Origin: a virus | Lineage: Duplodnaviria > Caudoviricetes | DNA length: 64,000 nucleotides | Direction: 5' to 3' (one strand) | IMG/VR virus record: IMGVR_UViG_2974723664_000001 | Span: 10,097 to 74,096 of that record | In this document: positions 36,182 through 46,153 of the stretch, in pieces | How the letters are laid out: each line of letters opens with the position of its first letter | How positions within the stretch are numbered: position 1 is the first letter of the stretch | Position numbers and translations under genes: made by a program | The notes under the pieces: model-generated | Databases searched by the model: none | Seen by the model: the letters and a program-made list of their open reading frames with translations, nothing else | What the model was told of the DNA's origin: nothing

Positions 36182-38233
36182 TTAGTCGATCCAGCGCATT
36201 TCAGCAGGTGTCGGGTTGATACCAGGAACCAGGTTCAGAGAATTGAAGTCCTGAAGCGGCTGGGAGCGGGAACCAGTCTGAGCAACAGTACCGGCCTTCT
36301 TAGGGGCGGCCTGGATAGCACGTTGCTGGGCCAATTCTTCATTGGAGTTCGCCAGTTCCATCGTGAGGGCAGCTTGCCGCTGTTGGGCTTGTGCCACACG
36401 TTGTTGCAGGCGGGGGATCGTAGCATGAACCGCAGGGTTGGTGGCAGCCACTTCCATGGCACGGGCCAGTTCAGCAGAAGCCTCATCAGCAGCCTTGCGT
36501 GCCGTGTCGATCTGGTTGGCCAGACCGGTACGGTAGTTGGCACTTGCCACACGTTCCGGGGACATACCCTGAGCGTATTCCTGCTGGATGAGTTGCTTCA
36601 CCCGATCAGCGTTGACGCCACGGCCAGTCTGCGGATCGTTGTCCGTCGGACCCCCACCAATCCAAGACGTGAAAGCATCCCAGTTGCGACCAATGCCAGA
36701 AGTACGACCGGACCCAGCAGACTGGGCAATGGCCTGTAGTGCAACGGCAGGAGGCACCTCCACCCCCAGACTGCGACCATATTCCTGAGCACGCTCGACT
36801 TGTTGAGCGATCCAGGTATTCGATGCACCCTCGAAAGCACCACCCTTGCCGGTAGCTTCGTTCAGGATTTCAGCAGTGGAACGCTTGTCCAGGATGGCCT
36901 TGTCGAAGTTGTTCGACAGGGAGTTGGTAGCTTCCTGGCTGGCACGGTTCAGTACCGAGCGTTGGGCGATATCAGCATAGGCCGAGTTCTCCCGTGCCGG
37001 AGTGATCTCCACACCAGCATCAGTTGCACCAACTTCACCACCAGCGATCTCCTTGCGAGCTTCACTCCAGGGAATGTCCTTGTAGTGGCCAGCTTTGCTG
37101 TTGTTCAGTGCAGCCCAGGTCTTGGTGAGATCACCACCCTTGCGGTCGTTGTACAGAGCTTCAGCCAGCTTCTCCTGGTTCTCGGGAGTCAGCGGCTCAT
37201 TACGCCAGTTCTCACCCAGCACCTTGGGACCGTACTGTTCCAGAGTGGCCTTCGTGAACTGATAGCGGCCCACAGGGGAACCGCCCAGGTCACGGATCAT
37301 GCCAGTCTGCATATCCAGCACATCACCCATGGACATGGAAGTCAGGGGACGATCGGTCGGACGGAACTGGTAGGTAACGTCATAGCTGTTGCCCTGACGA
37401 GTACCAGCAGTGCCAGGAGCCGAAGGAGCACCAGCACCCGAGGAACCAGGAATACCACCACTGCCACCACCGAAGCCCAGACCCAATTGGGAACCAACCA
37501 GACGCTTGGCTTCCGGGGAGAGACGGTCGTACATACCACCCAGGTTCTCCTGGAACTGACGATCTGAGACAGCACCCTGACGAGCAGCCAGGATGGCATC
37601 CTGTGCTTCTGCCTTGGCAGCATCATTGGCCATGGCCTGGGAAAGCTGGTAGCTGCCCTGGGTATTGCTGATCATCCGTCCTTGGTTCCCCAAGGTGGCA
37701 CCTTGCACTCCCTGACCTTGCTTGGTGACATCCACCAACTGATCCGCCCGCAGGCCGGAATTGGCCAGGGCAGCATAGGCAGCCTGCATCTGACGGGGAT
37801 CGCCCGACATGGCAGCAGCGTTGAATGCACGAATGGCATTGTCGGCACCAGCAGCACGGGTATCCGTGTCCTGCTGACGGTTGAAGTCGTACTGGCCTTT
37901 CTGGAGGTTCAGGTTCTGGCCAGCCTGACGGATCAGATCGCCCTGGCGGGAACCAAGGGCAGCCAGAGTATCCGGAGACAGGCGGGAAGTATCCACACCA
38001 CCCAGGATCGAACCGTCAGAGAGGGCACGATTGTAGGCAGTGGGATCATTGATTTGCAGAGCACGCTGGAGCACTTCATTACCTGCCGCAGCCTGATCAG
38101 CAGCTTGGAAACCGCTGAGGGCTTTGGTCAGGTTATCAGTGCTGTTACCCAGCATGGCTCCGAACGCGCGAATACCGTCAAGCGCCCCCGAGAATTGAGG
38201 GGCGTCAACGTTTCGCCAAGTGATTTGAGCCAT
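36182..38233 (-). CDS. ejection/internal virion protein with lysozyme-like domain (N4 gp51-like)
   Basis: MAQITWRNVDAP N-terminus. SPVGRYQFTKATL...TPENQEKLA...TWAAL lambda-lysozyme-like motifs. Confidence 0.85.
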   Translation of the reverse strand: MAQITWRNVDAPQFSGALDGIRAFGAMLGNSTDNLTKALSGFQAADQAAAGNEVLQRALQINDPTAYNRALSDGSILGGVDTSRLSPDTLAALGSRQGDLIRQAGQNLNLQKGQYDFNRQQDTDTRAAGADNAIRAFNAAAMSGDPRQMQAAYAALANSGLRADQLVDVTKQGQGVQGATLGNQGRMISNTQGSYQLSQAMANDAAKAEAQDAILAARQGAVSDRQFQENLGGMYDRLSPEAKRLVGSQLGLGFGGGSGGIPGSSGAGAPSAPGTAGTRQGNSYDVTYQFRPTDRPLTSMSMGDVLDMQTGMIRDLGGSPVGRYQFTKATLEQYGPKVLGENWRNEPLTPENQEKLAEALYNDRKGGDLTKTWAALNNSKAGHYKDIPWSEARKEIAGGEVGATDAGVEITPARENSAYADIAQRSVLNRASQEATNSLSNNFDKAILDKRSTAEILNEATGKGGAFEGASNTWIAQQVERAQEYGRSLGVEVPPAVALQAIAQSAGSGRTSGIGRNWDAFTSWIGGGPTDNDPQTGRGVNADRVKQLIQQEYAQGMSPERVASANYRTGLANQIDTARKAADEASAELARAMEVAATNPAVHATIPRLQQRVAQAQQRQAALTMELANSNEELAQQRAIQAAPKKAGTVAQTGSRSQPLQDFNSLNLVPGINPTPAEMRWID

Positions 38234-38245
38234 GAGGTTCTCCGG

Positions 38246-38779
38246 TTAGCGGGACAGGCGGTTACGGTCGATGTATTCCTGGGCGGATTCTTGACTACGC
38301 CCTTCCTGGACAGCACGACTACGAGACCGATCTTCCAGAGCCGTGTTGTACGACTTGATCTGGTTGTTCAGGTTCGTGTTCGTCACGTCCTTGGTGAAGT
38401 TGAACGAGTCACGGGCCAGCTTGTTGGCCTGGGATGCTCCGTAGAGGCCACCCAGAGAAGACAGCAAACCCAGCCCCAGTTGAAGGGTAGGAATGTTCAT
38501 TCCCAAGCCGCCAAGGATACCACCACCCGAAGCAGCGTCACCGGCACCACTCAGCATGGAGAGCGGGCCACCGCCACCGATACCAGGAGCAGCACCAGCA
38601 ATGGTGCCACCAGCACCCGGCATTTGGAGACCCAGGTTGCCACCACCCATGCCACCGAACATGGAGGCTCCCTGGGTCGAGTAGGAAGAGAGGGAACCAA
38701 AGTCCATACCATTGCCCCCGCCCAGTTGATACTGGAACGGGGGGATGGTCAGACCGGACCCGGCAAAAGAAGTAGCCAT
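38246..38779 (-). CDS. Gly-rich ejection protein (N4 gp52-like)
   Basis: Gly-rich hydrophobic stretch followed by NLNNQIKSYNTALEDR. Synteny. Confidence 0.85.
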   Translation of the reverse strand: MATSFAGSGLTIPPFQYQLGGGNGMDFGSLSSYSTQGASMFGGMGGGNLGLQMPGAGGTIAGAAPGIGGGGPLSMLSGAGDAASGGGILGGLGMNIPTLQLGLGLLSSLGGLYGASQANKLARDSFNFTKDVTNTNLNNQIKSYNTALEDRSRSRAVQEGRSQESAQEYIDRNRLSR

Positions 38780-38791
38780 AAGACTCTCCGG

Positions 38792-41443
38792 TTAATAGTC
38801 CAGTTGAAGATTCATTTCCGAGAAGTTCGAGATCATGGAATTGGACATATCCGCGATATCACTCCCCGTCATCAGCGTTCGGGACAAGAAAGAATCCCGG
38901 GACTCAGAGGACAGAGCAAAGGCATCCGTCATGCTGAGGGGATTGATGGTCCCATTGCTGTATCCGAATTCCTGCTCATACTTCCGCTGGAGTTCGGTCA
39001 TATCCCTATTGTAAGCCTGCATCATGTCTTCAGTCTTCCGCATCAGGTCCTGGGTCCCTGCGTTGATGTACTGAGAGACAGCATTGCCCATGGTGGAGGT
39101 CAGCTTCAGCAGGTTATCAGCCCGCATCATCTGTCCCATCATAGTGCTCATGGTCTGCCCGTTGGCCATGGCAGTACCCACTTGGATCGCAATTAGGGAC
39201 GCAATGGTTCCAATGATGGCACCCAGCTTCTCCCCGAAGAGCATGGTAGCGCCCTTCTGGATGATGGCTGTCAGGATCATGGCAGCAAGAGCATTAGCAA
39301 TTGCCCCCACGATCAAAGCAGCCAGCCCAGTGAAACCGAGGGCAGCACCCACAGCAACGTTGGCACCAAGCAGACCAGCACCTGCACCACCAGAGTAAAT
39401 GGTGATGACGATGATGACCACGATGACGACAACCTGGAAGATGCCGGTCTGATACCACTTCTTCTTCACCTTCTTGTAGCTGTTGAGCACAAGGTAGTTG
39501 GAAGCAGTAGCCATCTGAGTGGACCGAACCAAGGGCATGGAACGGAAGATGTCTTCATGCAGCGGGATGATGAAGCCAGATTCCTCAGCATCACCCAGAG
39601 CTTCACGACCATCAATGTCCACAGACTTGCCATCGTAGACACGATTCTTATGGTGCGTGCCATAGACGACCATCTGTCGCCATTGGTTCATGGAAACCTG
39701 CCACTGAAGAATGATCTTCTCGATCTTCTTCTCGCCCTTGTAGACACCGACTCCGCCGTAGTCATCGTAGGACTGGTACAGGATCGGGTATTTCTCCCGG
39801 CCACCATCCAGGAAACGAAGAGTCCCAGGCTTGGCATCCGTCCAGAGCTTGCCAGTACCAGTGGTGAATTCCAGCATGTTCCAGGAGATTTCCATGTCGT
39901 ACTCCATACCAGTGGAGGAACGGATACGGAAAGACTTGGAAGGCATAACAGGATACGAACCACGGGGAGGCTCAGGCTTCCCGTACAGGGGGTTTTCCCA
40001 GTCACGTTGGGCGTTGTACCAATAGGTCCACTCCTGATCCTGCTTGTACGCCAAATTCCAGGCTGCCTTCCATTGGTTCATGGTTGGATAGTCTGGATGG
40101 GGCGGACTGGATTCCAACATCAACTCATAGAAGCGGAATATGTACTCCCGTGCAGTGTTCTCCGGAGTGTTCAGCGAAGCACCAAAGACACCGTAGATGT
40201 ACTGGATATCACCAATGTCCTTGTTCTTCTTCAGTTCAGTGACGACCTTGGAGAGCTTCCCACCAGTAGCCTTCTTGAAGGCACGAGTGGTCTTCTCTTG
40301 GAGATCACCACCCACCCAGCTTTTCAGCTTGATGGGGATGAACGGGAAGAAGCGTTGGCCGGAGTTCTGAGTCTGGAACATGGCATCCAGAACTGCATTG
40401 CCACTGCCTTGCTTGTAGATGAATACACGCAGAGGACCGACAGGATTGCTGACAGTCTCTTGGTAATCAGTACGCCAAGTACGGTTGAACTGCTGCACAT
40501 CCTTGGTGGTCTTGCGATGAGTAGTCTTGGTGACACCCCCATCATCTTCAACCACAGTCTCTTCACTCACGTCCTGAATCTTCGGACCCAGTTGGTGGTC
40601 AAGGAACATATAGTTCTTTCGGCGAAGAATGCCAGAAGTCCCAGGCTGCACACCCAGGTAGTCCGTCTTGGTCCACACAGCAGAAGTCACAGTGTAGGTA
40701 TCGGTGTAGTCACCTTCCCACACGTCACTGTAAGGAGGACGACCGTCACTCCAGGTGATGGAAGTCTCGACCTTGGTATGGATCACAACATCAACGTTGT
40801 GTGCATCTTCCGATACTCGATCCCATCCAGTGGTGGAGGGGAACGGATCAGTAGGACCAATGGTGTTCACTGCACCCGTGATGTACGGCCCCACCGTATC
40901 AGGTGCAGCAAGGTTGTACATCGCATAGAGGTACAGAGAGGACGGGTTGTAGTCCAGAGGGGCGAATTGGTTCTTGGAGCCATCAGGATAGGTGATCGTG
41001 ATGAGTCCATTGTTGAAGTCGGATTCCCAGGTTCCGGAAGACTTGTCAGGCCGGTTGTTGATGACGTACTGGTCAGCCCAATACGTGAAGTCACCATAGC
41101 CAATTTCCGCAGTCTGGATCGTGGTCTTGAATCCAGGAGCCACAGGAATCTGCTGGGCAATCACATCGTTGTTCAACCGACCGACAGTGGAGAGAGCACC
41201 ATATGCAATCCCCACTGCCTGCTCATAGCCGTTCCTTGCCCAGCGGGCAAAGCTACGCATCCGGATTCCAGGCCCATTGAGGTACGACTTCGGAATGAGT
41301 TCACCCATGCCGAAGGACGAGTCAGACAGCATCGAACCAATCACGTTGGTCTTCAGGTAGTCTGCTCGGTCCTTGATGTCCCCGGCCAAGTTATAGACCG
41401 AGGACGCCACGTACACTTTGGTGGAGCCAGAGAAGAATCCCAT
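38792..41443 (-). CDS. virion protein with C-terminal membrane segments (N4 gp53-like)
   Basis: VYVASSVYNLAG N-terminus, KKKWYQTG followed by long hydrophobic helices, RTLMTGSDIA. Confidence 0.85.
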   Translation of the reverse strand: MGFFSGSTKVYVASSVYNLAGDIKDRADYLKTNVIGSMLSDSSFGMGELIPKSYLNGPGIRMRSFARWARNGYEQAVGIAYGALSTVGRLNNDVIAQQIPVAPGFKTTIQTAEIGYGDFTYWADQYVINNRPDKSSGTWESDFNNGLITITYPDGSKNQFAPLDYNPSSLYLYAMYNLAAPDTVGPYITGAVNTIGPTDPFPSTTGWDRVSEDAHNVDVVIHTKVETSITWSDGRPPYSDVWEGDYTDTYTVTSAVWTKTDYLGVQPGTSGILRRKNYMFLDHQLGPKIQDVSEETVVEDDGGVTKTTHRKTTKDVQQFNRTWRTDYQETVSNPVGPLRVFIYKQGSGNAVLDAMFQTQNSGQRFFPFIPIKLKSWVGGDLQEKTTRAFKKATGGKLSKVVTELKKNKDIGDIQYIYGVFGASLNTPENTAREYIFRFYELMLESSPPHPDYPTMNQWKAAWNLAYKQDQEWTYWYNAQRDWENPLYGKPEPPRGSYPVMPSKSFRIRSSTGMEYDMEISWNMLEFTTGTGKLWTDAKPGTLRFLDGGREKYPILYQSYDDYGGVGVYKGEKKIEKIILQWQVSMNQWRQMVVYGTHHKNRVYDGKSVDIDGREALGDAEESGFIIPLHEDIFRSMPLVRSTQMATASNYLVLNSYKKVKKKWYQTGIFQVVVIVVIIVITIYSGGAGAGLLGANVAVGAALGFTGLAALIVGAIANALAAMILTAIIQKGATMLFGEKLGAIIGTIASLIAIQVGTAMANGQTMSTMMGQMMRADNLLKLTSTMGNAVSQYINAGTQDLMRKTEDMMQAYNRDMTELQRKYEQEFGYSNGTINPLSMTDAFALSSESRDSFLSRTLMTGSDIADMSNSMISNFSEMNLQLDY

Positions 41444-41446
41444 GGT

Positions 41447-42346
41447 TTATCCGAGAGCGTTGTTCGACTTCAGCGTACCGAGGATGGCATCCAAGGACGG
41501 GTTGGCGAAGTTGTTGGGAGGCGAGAGACCTTCGTCAATCGTCTTCTGGGTGATCCAGGCATCGGTGAACAGCTTGGCAGCCTTCACTTCCGCATCACGC
41601 TTGTAGGACGTGATCTGCTGATCATACAGTTGCTTCTGCTTACCAGTCAGGCCGGTCACCGGCAGACCATCCGAGCGAACATCCGTGGTCTGGGAACGCT
41701 GGCTTTCCATCTGCTCACGGACCATAGCGATCTGGCCGGTGGTCAGTTTGGTGGTTTCGACAGCATTGGCCGTCTGTTCCTTCAGCAGAATGAACTGCTG
41801 CGGCAGCATGGTGGACAGGTTGTACTGTGCCGTGCAGTAGCCAGCCGATTCCGTGGAGAGCTTGAGCTTGGTGAGTGCGTAGTTGGACTTCGCAGTCAGA
41901 GCTTCAAACTTCATGTTCACGAACTGGGCCTTGGCAATTGCCAGCGCAGCACGTTGGTTCAATACCTGCATCTGAACCAAGGCAGCCTGATAGAAGGCAC
42001 CGTCACGCTGCACCAGGAACTGGGTAGCGTTGTTCATTGCGGCTTCGGTGAGTTCGATGTACGCACGCACGTAATCCGCACCGGTGATGCGGTTGGCCTT
42101 GAATTCAGCCTTCAGGTGTTCGGACACGGACTTCATCAGGTAGTCGAACGTACCCGTTCCGTCCACCGACTTGGTGGTCAGGTCATCATTGGTCAGCCGG
42201 GGAATCTCCCCCAAGACGGGGTTGTTGATGCCTCCGGGCAAGTCCCAGTCAGTCCCCGACATGTCGATATCGGGGAGTTCAAAGTTCTCGCCTTGTAGAA
42301 GAGCAGTCAACAGGGAGTTGGCTTCGAGTTCAGCACCACATGCCAT
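41447..42346 (-). CDS. virion structural protein (N4 gp54-like)
   Basis: [34 protein letters not shown]. Confidence 0.85.
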   Translation of the reverse strand: MACGAELEANSLLTALLQGENFELPDIDMSGTDWDLPGGINNPVLGEIPRLTNDDLTTKSVDGTGTFDYLMKSVSEHLKAEFKANRITGADYVRAYIELTEAAMNNATQFLVQRDGAFYQAALVQMQVLNQRAALAIAKAQFVNMKFEALTAKSNYALTKLKLSTESAGYCTAQYNLSTMLPQQFILLKEQTANAVETTKLTTGQIAMVREQMESQRSQTTDVRSDGLPVTGLTGKQKQLYDQQITSYKRDAEVKAAKLFTDAWITQKTIDEGLSPPNNFANPSLDAILGTLKSNNALG

Positions 42347-42367
42347 GGTGTGCTCCTGTTCTTGGTT

Positions 42368-42401
42368 CAAAAAGAAACGGCCCACAGTATCTGTGAGCCG
42401 T
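42368..42401 (-). terminator. terminator-like hairpin after the gp55-like gene
   Basis: On the - strand ACGGCTCACAG-ATA-CTGTGGGCCGT followed by TTCTTTTT. Confidence 0.65.
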
Positions 42402-42422
42402 GGTCAGGGTAGATCGTAACCC

Positions 42423-43136
42423 TTACAGAGCGGAATCGCCACTCGTGCTGCCCGCAGCGATCTGGGCTTGGCCCAGCTTGTGGATTTCTTCAGCCGTCAG
42501 CGGCGGGAGGATTTCCAGGGCGAATTCACGCGCCCAGCGGGATTGGACGGTCGGCGTGCCGGTCTTGCGGTCCTTGCCGGTACGGATGGACAGGAACATC
42601 TTGTCCTTCAGGAACGTGTACAGGCAGTAGGGGATGTGGTAGCCGTTGTCGCTGGCATCGCCGTAGGGAATGAACTTGCGGACGGTGCCGATGTACTCGT
42701 TGGCGACCGTGAAGATTTCACCGGGCAGGTTCTTCTTCTTGTCATCCAGGTTCTGGATGCGGACACGGACCAGCTTCATCTGCTGTTCGACCAGCACTTG
42801 GCGGAGCGACTTGGGCTTGGCCTTGACGACCGGAGCGGGAGCTTCATCGCTCTGAACCAAGGGGTTCACCTTGGCACCGGCTTCTTGGCCGTCCACCGCA
42901 CCGGTAGCGGGAACGTCGGTGTTGGTTTCTTGGGCAGCTTGGTGCTCTTCGATCTTCTTCTTCAGAGCTTCCAGGCCGATGTTGTTGGAGAAGTTCAGGC
43001 CCATCAGACGGGCACGTTGTTTCAGGACGGTCAGTTCGTCCGGCATTTGCAGATCGGTGGCCGTGTCATCGTTGCTCTGGCTGACGGCCTTGGGGTCGTC
43101 TTGGCTCGGAGTCGGGGTCAGGTCATTGATGCTCAT
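42423..43136 (-). CDS. conserved N4-like protein (gp55-like)
   Basis: LKQRARLMGLNFSNNIG, GEIFTVANEYIGTVRKFIP, LPPLT. Synteny. Confidence 0.85.
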   Translation of the reverse strand: MSINDLTPTPSQDDPKAVSQSNDDTATDLQMPDELTVLKQRARLMGLNFSNNIGLEALKKKIEEHQAAQETNTDVPATGAVDGQEAGAKVNPLVQSDEAPAPVVKAKPKSLRQVLVEQQMKLVRVRIQNLDDKKKNLPGEIFTVANEYIGTVRKFIPYGDASDNGYHIPYCLYTFLKDKMFLSIRTGKDRKTGTPTVQSRWAREFALEILPPLTAEEIHKLGQAQIAAGSTSGDSAL

Positions 43137-43155
43137 GGTAGTTCCAGTAGGGGAT

Positions 43156-43185
43156 AGAGAAATGGGAAGGGGTTTCCCCCTTCCC
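43156..43185 (-). terminator. terminator after the major capsid gene
   Basis: On the - strand GGGAAGGGG-GAAA-CCCCTTCCC followed by ATTTCT. Confidence 0.65.
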
Positions 43186-43202
43186 TTGGTTCACCCGATG
43201 GC

Positions 43203-44426
43203 TTAGATCGGGGCGACGGTCTTGATCAGACCCAGGCGCTCGGAGCGCTTGATCAGGATACCGTAGTACCACTTGATCGAGCTGAACCCGGTTTCGCCAT
43301 ACGGATCGTTGCGATCCGCCGTTTCACGGCCCGGCATCTTGGTCATGACGGTGAATTTGACCGTCTTGCCATCCGTCTGGAAGCCGATGGTGGTGAAGGA
43401 GTCTTCACCGACGACCAGCATCGGGAACACGTCGTAGTGCTCGGCACCGTTCTTCATCGAGCTACGGAAGCCCGGGTTGTCGGTCACGGCAGCACCGGCA
43501 CCGGCCCAGTGCAGCATTTCCGGCACTTGGATGATGCGGAACTTGTCGATGGAGCCGACTTCGCCATTCAGCAGCGTACCGGCGTCACCGTAGTGCTGGA
43601 CTTCGATGAACGCCTTGTTGCCGAACAGGTCCTTCATGGCCTTCAGCAGCGGAACCAGTTCCGAACCGACGTACATGACACGGGTGGCACCGATGACCTT
43701 GGTGTCGATCATGCGGGAACCCGTGATGATCGTGGTCTGGGTGGGCGTGCGGTTGTCGGTCAGGATCTGATCCAGACGCATCAGGTTCTTGTAGCTGACG
43801 ATGGACGCCGGAACGGTCACACCGCCGACGGTGGTTTCTTCACCGGTGATCGTGTCGTCCGACGTGGCAGCACCGGCGTACAGGACGGTAGCGGCACCAG
43901 CCAGCAGGTCACGTTGCAGGACGGCTTCGGTCAGTTGCACGGCACCGTTCATCAGTTCACGGGACAGGTGGTCCTTGAGGCCGTCGTCCGAATCGAAGTC
44001 CATCGATTCCTGGGTGAACTCGTAGAAGAAGCCGAACTTGTGGATCGAACCTTCCAGAGCCAGACGGGTGAAGCCGACGCGGTTCACGCGGCCGCCGTTT
44101 TCCGTCAGGGTCGGCAGCTTGCCGGTGATGGTGCCGATGTCCTTGGACGAACCGTACAGGTTGCCGTTGGCGATGGTCACACCGTTGGCGTCGATGCCTT
44201 GGTCGTTGATGTTGCGGTCGTCCAGCAGCGGCACGTATTCGTAGACCTTGATGGTCTTGCCGAAGTGCTTGGGCATGTTCGTGACGTTGGCCAGGGGCAT
44301 GAAATACTGGTCCTTGCGCGATTGGATGATCGCCTTCTTGAGCCAGTAGAAGGTGTTCATCTGGTCGGAACCAGCACCGTCGATGCTCGACTTTTGGCCG
44401 TCGATGGGAGCGTTGTAGTTCAACAT
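43203..44426 (-). CDS. major capsid protein (N4 gp56)
   Basis: [55 protein letters not shown]. Confidence 0.96.
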   Translation of the reverse strand: MLNYNAPIDGQKSSIDGAGSDQMNTFYWLKKAIIQSRKDQYFMPLANVTNMPKHFGKTIKVYEYVPLLDDRNINDQGIDANGVTIANGNLYGSSKDIGTITGKLPTLTENGGRVNRVGFTRLALEGSIHKFGFFYEFTQESMDFDSDDGLKDHLSRELMNGAVQLTEAVLQRDLLAGAATVLYAGAATSDDTITGEETTVGGVTVPASIVSYKNLMRLDQILTDNRTPTQTTIITGSRMIDTKVIGATRVMYVGSELVPLLKAMKDLFGNKAFIEVQHYGDAGTLLNGEVGSIDKFRIIQVPEMLHWAGAGAAVTDNPGFRSSMKNGAEHYDVFPMLVVGEDSFTTIGFQTDGKTVKFTVMTKMPGRETADRNDPYGETGFSSIKWYYGILIKRSERLGLIKTVAPI

Positions 44427-44438
44427 GGTCTTGTACCT

Positions 44439-45743
44439 TTATGCGCCTTTCGGCACAGGGAGTTTGAGAAAATCCTCGTCGCTCATTCCGAGCAAGTTAA
44501 CGAGAGCTTCGGCCTTACGCGGAGCATTCCGACTCGGAGATGCCGCACTTGCTTGTTCCCCGTTTTTCACCACCGGCTTGGGGGTGAGAACACGGGTTGC
44601 AACCGGAGCAACTTCAGCCTTGGCAACTGCCGGGGCCGTAGCAGCCGGAGCCGCACTGTTCTTCTGAACCAAGTCTGCGAAAGCACCCTGCTGTTGCAGG
44701 AAATCCCCCACAGCCTTATAGGCTTGGATGAACGGTACGTTGGCATCGATCTTGCCGAGAGTCTTCAGATGTTCGATCTCCGACGTGATGCGGTCATAGA
44801 TACCGTTCTCACGTTGTTCATGGATCGTGTTCATCAGACCAGCGGTCTCGAACAATGCCTGCTTGCTGGCGTCATCCCAGGTCTGGTGGATCACTCCGAG
44901 AGTGGCGTTGCCTTCGGGGGTGGACTTCAAGTCTCCCAGTTCAGCATTGAAACGCACTTCGGCATCCGAAACCCGGTGATTGCCTTCCTTGTACTGCACT
45001 TCAGCATTGACATCGATATCCATCGGGTCAATGCCGGAGTCCTTCACCAACTTCTTGATGGCTTCCGGATTCTTCTTCACCAGATCGATGGCGAAGCTGA
45101 GTTGTCCTTCATCCAGCAAGTCGTTGTTCTGAAGCATCTGGATCAGCTTACGGTGCGGAGCAAGCTCCTGCATCTTTCGCGTGAAGTTGGCACCTTGTTG
45201 CATCAGGGCGATGGCTTCTTCCGCATTGCGTACTTGAACCATCTTCCCGTTGGCCTTGAAGGGAGCCATCAGTGCTTCGTAACCTGCCTTGTAGTCGAAG
45301 TCGGCGGGCAGACCATTGGACTTGGGGGAGTCTTCACCCTGCTTGTCCTTACCTTCACCTTCCTGTACTTGGCCGGTGGGCTTGGAGGCATCCTGTTGAA
45401 CCTGCTTGCCGTTACTGTCAACTTCAGTTGACGCAACTTTACCACCATTTTCTACTTGTTGAGTAGCGGTGGTATTGGGTTCAACATTCTCCTTGCCCTG
45501 TTCAGCAGCTTCCAGAGCGGCCAAACGTTCTGCTTCAGCAGCCTGAGCGTCTGCTTCAGCTTGTGCAGCAGCCGCTTCAGCATCGGCTTGGGCCTGTGCT
45601 TCGGCAGCGAGTTCTTCTTCGGTCTTGCCCGTGGTGGGTTCCGAGTTGTTCTGAGGGACCACTTCAGGAGCGGTCATATTCAGAATTTCTTCATCCGACA
45701 TTTGGGAAATGTCGGAAGCCGGGGTGTTGGCTTCCGTGGTCAT
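44439..45743 (-). CDS. scaffold / tape-measure-like protein (N4 gp57-like)
   Basis: PFKANGK, LMQQGANF, MSDE(E/D) at both termini. Lies upstream of the capsid gene. Confidence 0.85.
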   Translation of the reverse strand: MTTEANTPASDISQMSDEEILNMTAPEVVPQNNSEPTTGKTEEELAAEAQAQADAEAAAAQAEADAQAAEAERLAALEAAEQGKENVEPNTTATQQVENGGKVASTEVDSNGKQVQQDASKPTGQVQEGEGKDKQGEDSPKSNGLPADFDYKAGYEALMAPFKANGKMVQVRNAEEAIALMQQGANFTRKMQELAPHRKLIQMLQNNDLLDEGQLSFAIDLVKKNPEAIKKLVKDSGIDPMDIDVNAEVQYKEGNHRVSDAEVRFNAELGDLKSTPEGNATLGVIHQTWDDASKQALFETAGLMNTIHEQRENGIYDRITSEIEHLKTLGKIDANVPFIQAYKAVGDFLQQQGAFADLVQKNSAAPAATAPAVAKAEVAPVATRVLTPKPVVKNGEQASAASPSRNAPRKAEALVNLLGMSDEDFLKLPVPKGA

Positions 45744-45768
45744 GGATTATCTCCAGTGGGGTAGGTGG

Positions 45769-46143
45769 TTATTCGGTTTCAACCGAACCCTCGAAATCCT
45801 CGTCCGACTGGACACGGAGTTGTTCGAGGTTGTCTTCGAGGCCCGGGATGCTATCCATGGCCTGCTTGGCCTGACGCTCCACGACGCTGATCCAGCGACG
45901 GAGATGGCCAGCCGCTTGGGCAATGCCCAGGGAATCGGCACGGGCTTCAGCCGGAATCGACGGGTCAGCCGACAGTTGCGCATAGCGAGCGCATTCTTCC
46001 ACGCAGAAGCGTTGGAGGATGACTTTCTTGAAGAGGGGGCTGTTGACCAGTTTGCGGAGTTCTTCCGCTTCCTGGATTTGCTGCTTGGCCGCAGCGAGTT
46101 GACGCTCGTGACCGTCGATGTGTTGTTCACGGGTGAGTTGCAT
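45769..46143 (-). CDS. N4 gp58-like protein
   Basis: Coiled coil plus NSPLFKKVIL. Lies between portal and gp57. GAGG SD. Confidence 0.8.
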   Translation of the reverse strand: MQLTREQHIDGHERQLAAAKQQIQEAEELRKLVNSPLFKKVILQRFCVEECARYAQLSADPSIPAEARADSLGIAQAAGHLRRWISVVERQAKQAMDSIPGLEDNLEQLRVQSDEDFEGSVETE

Positions 46144-46153
46144 GGTCTGCCTC

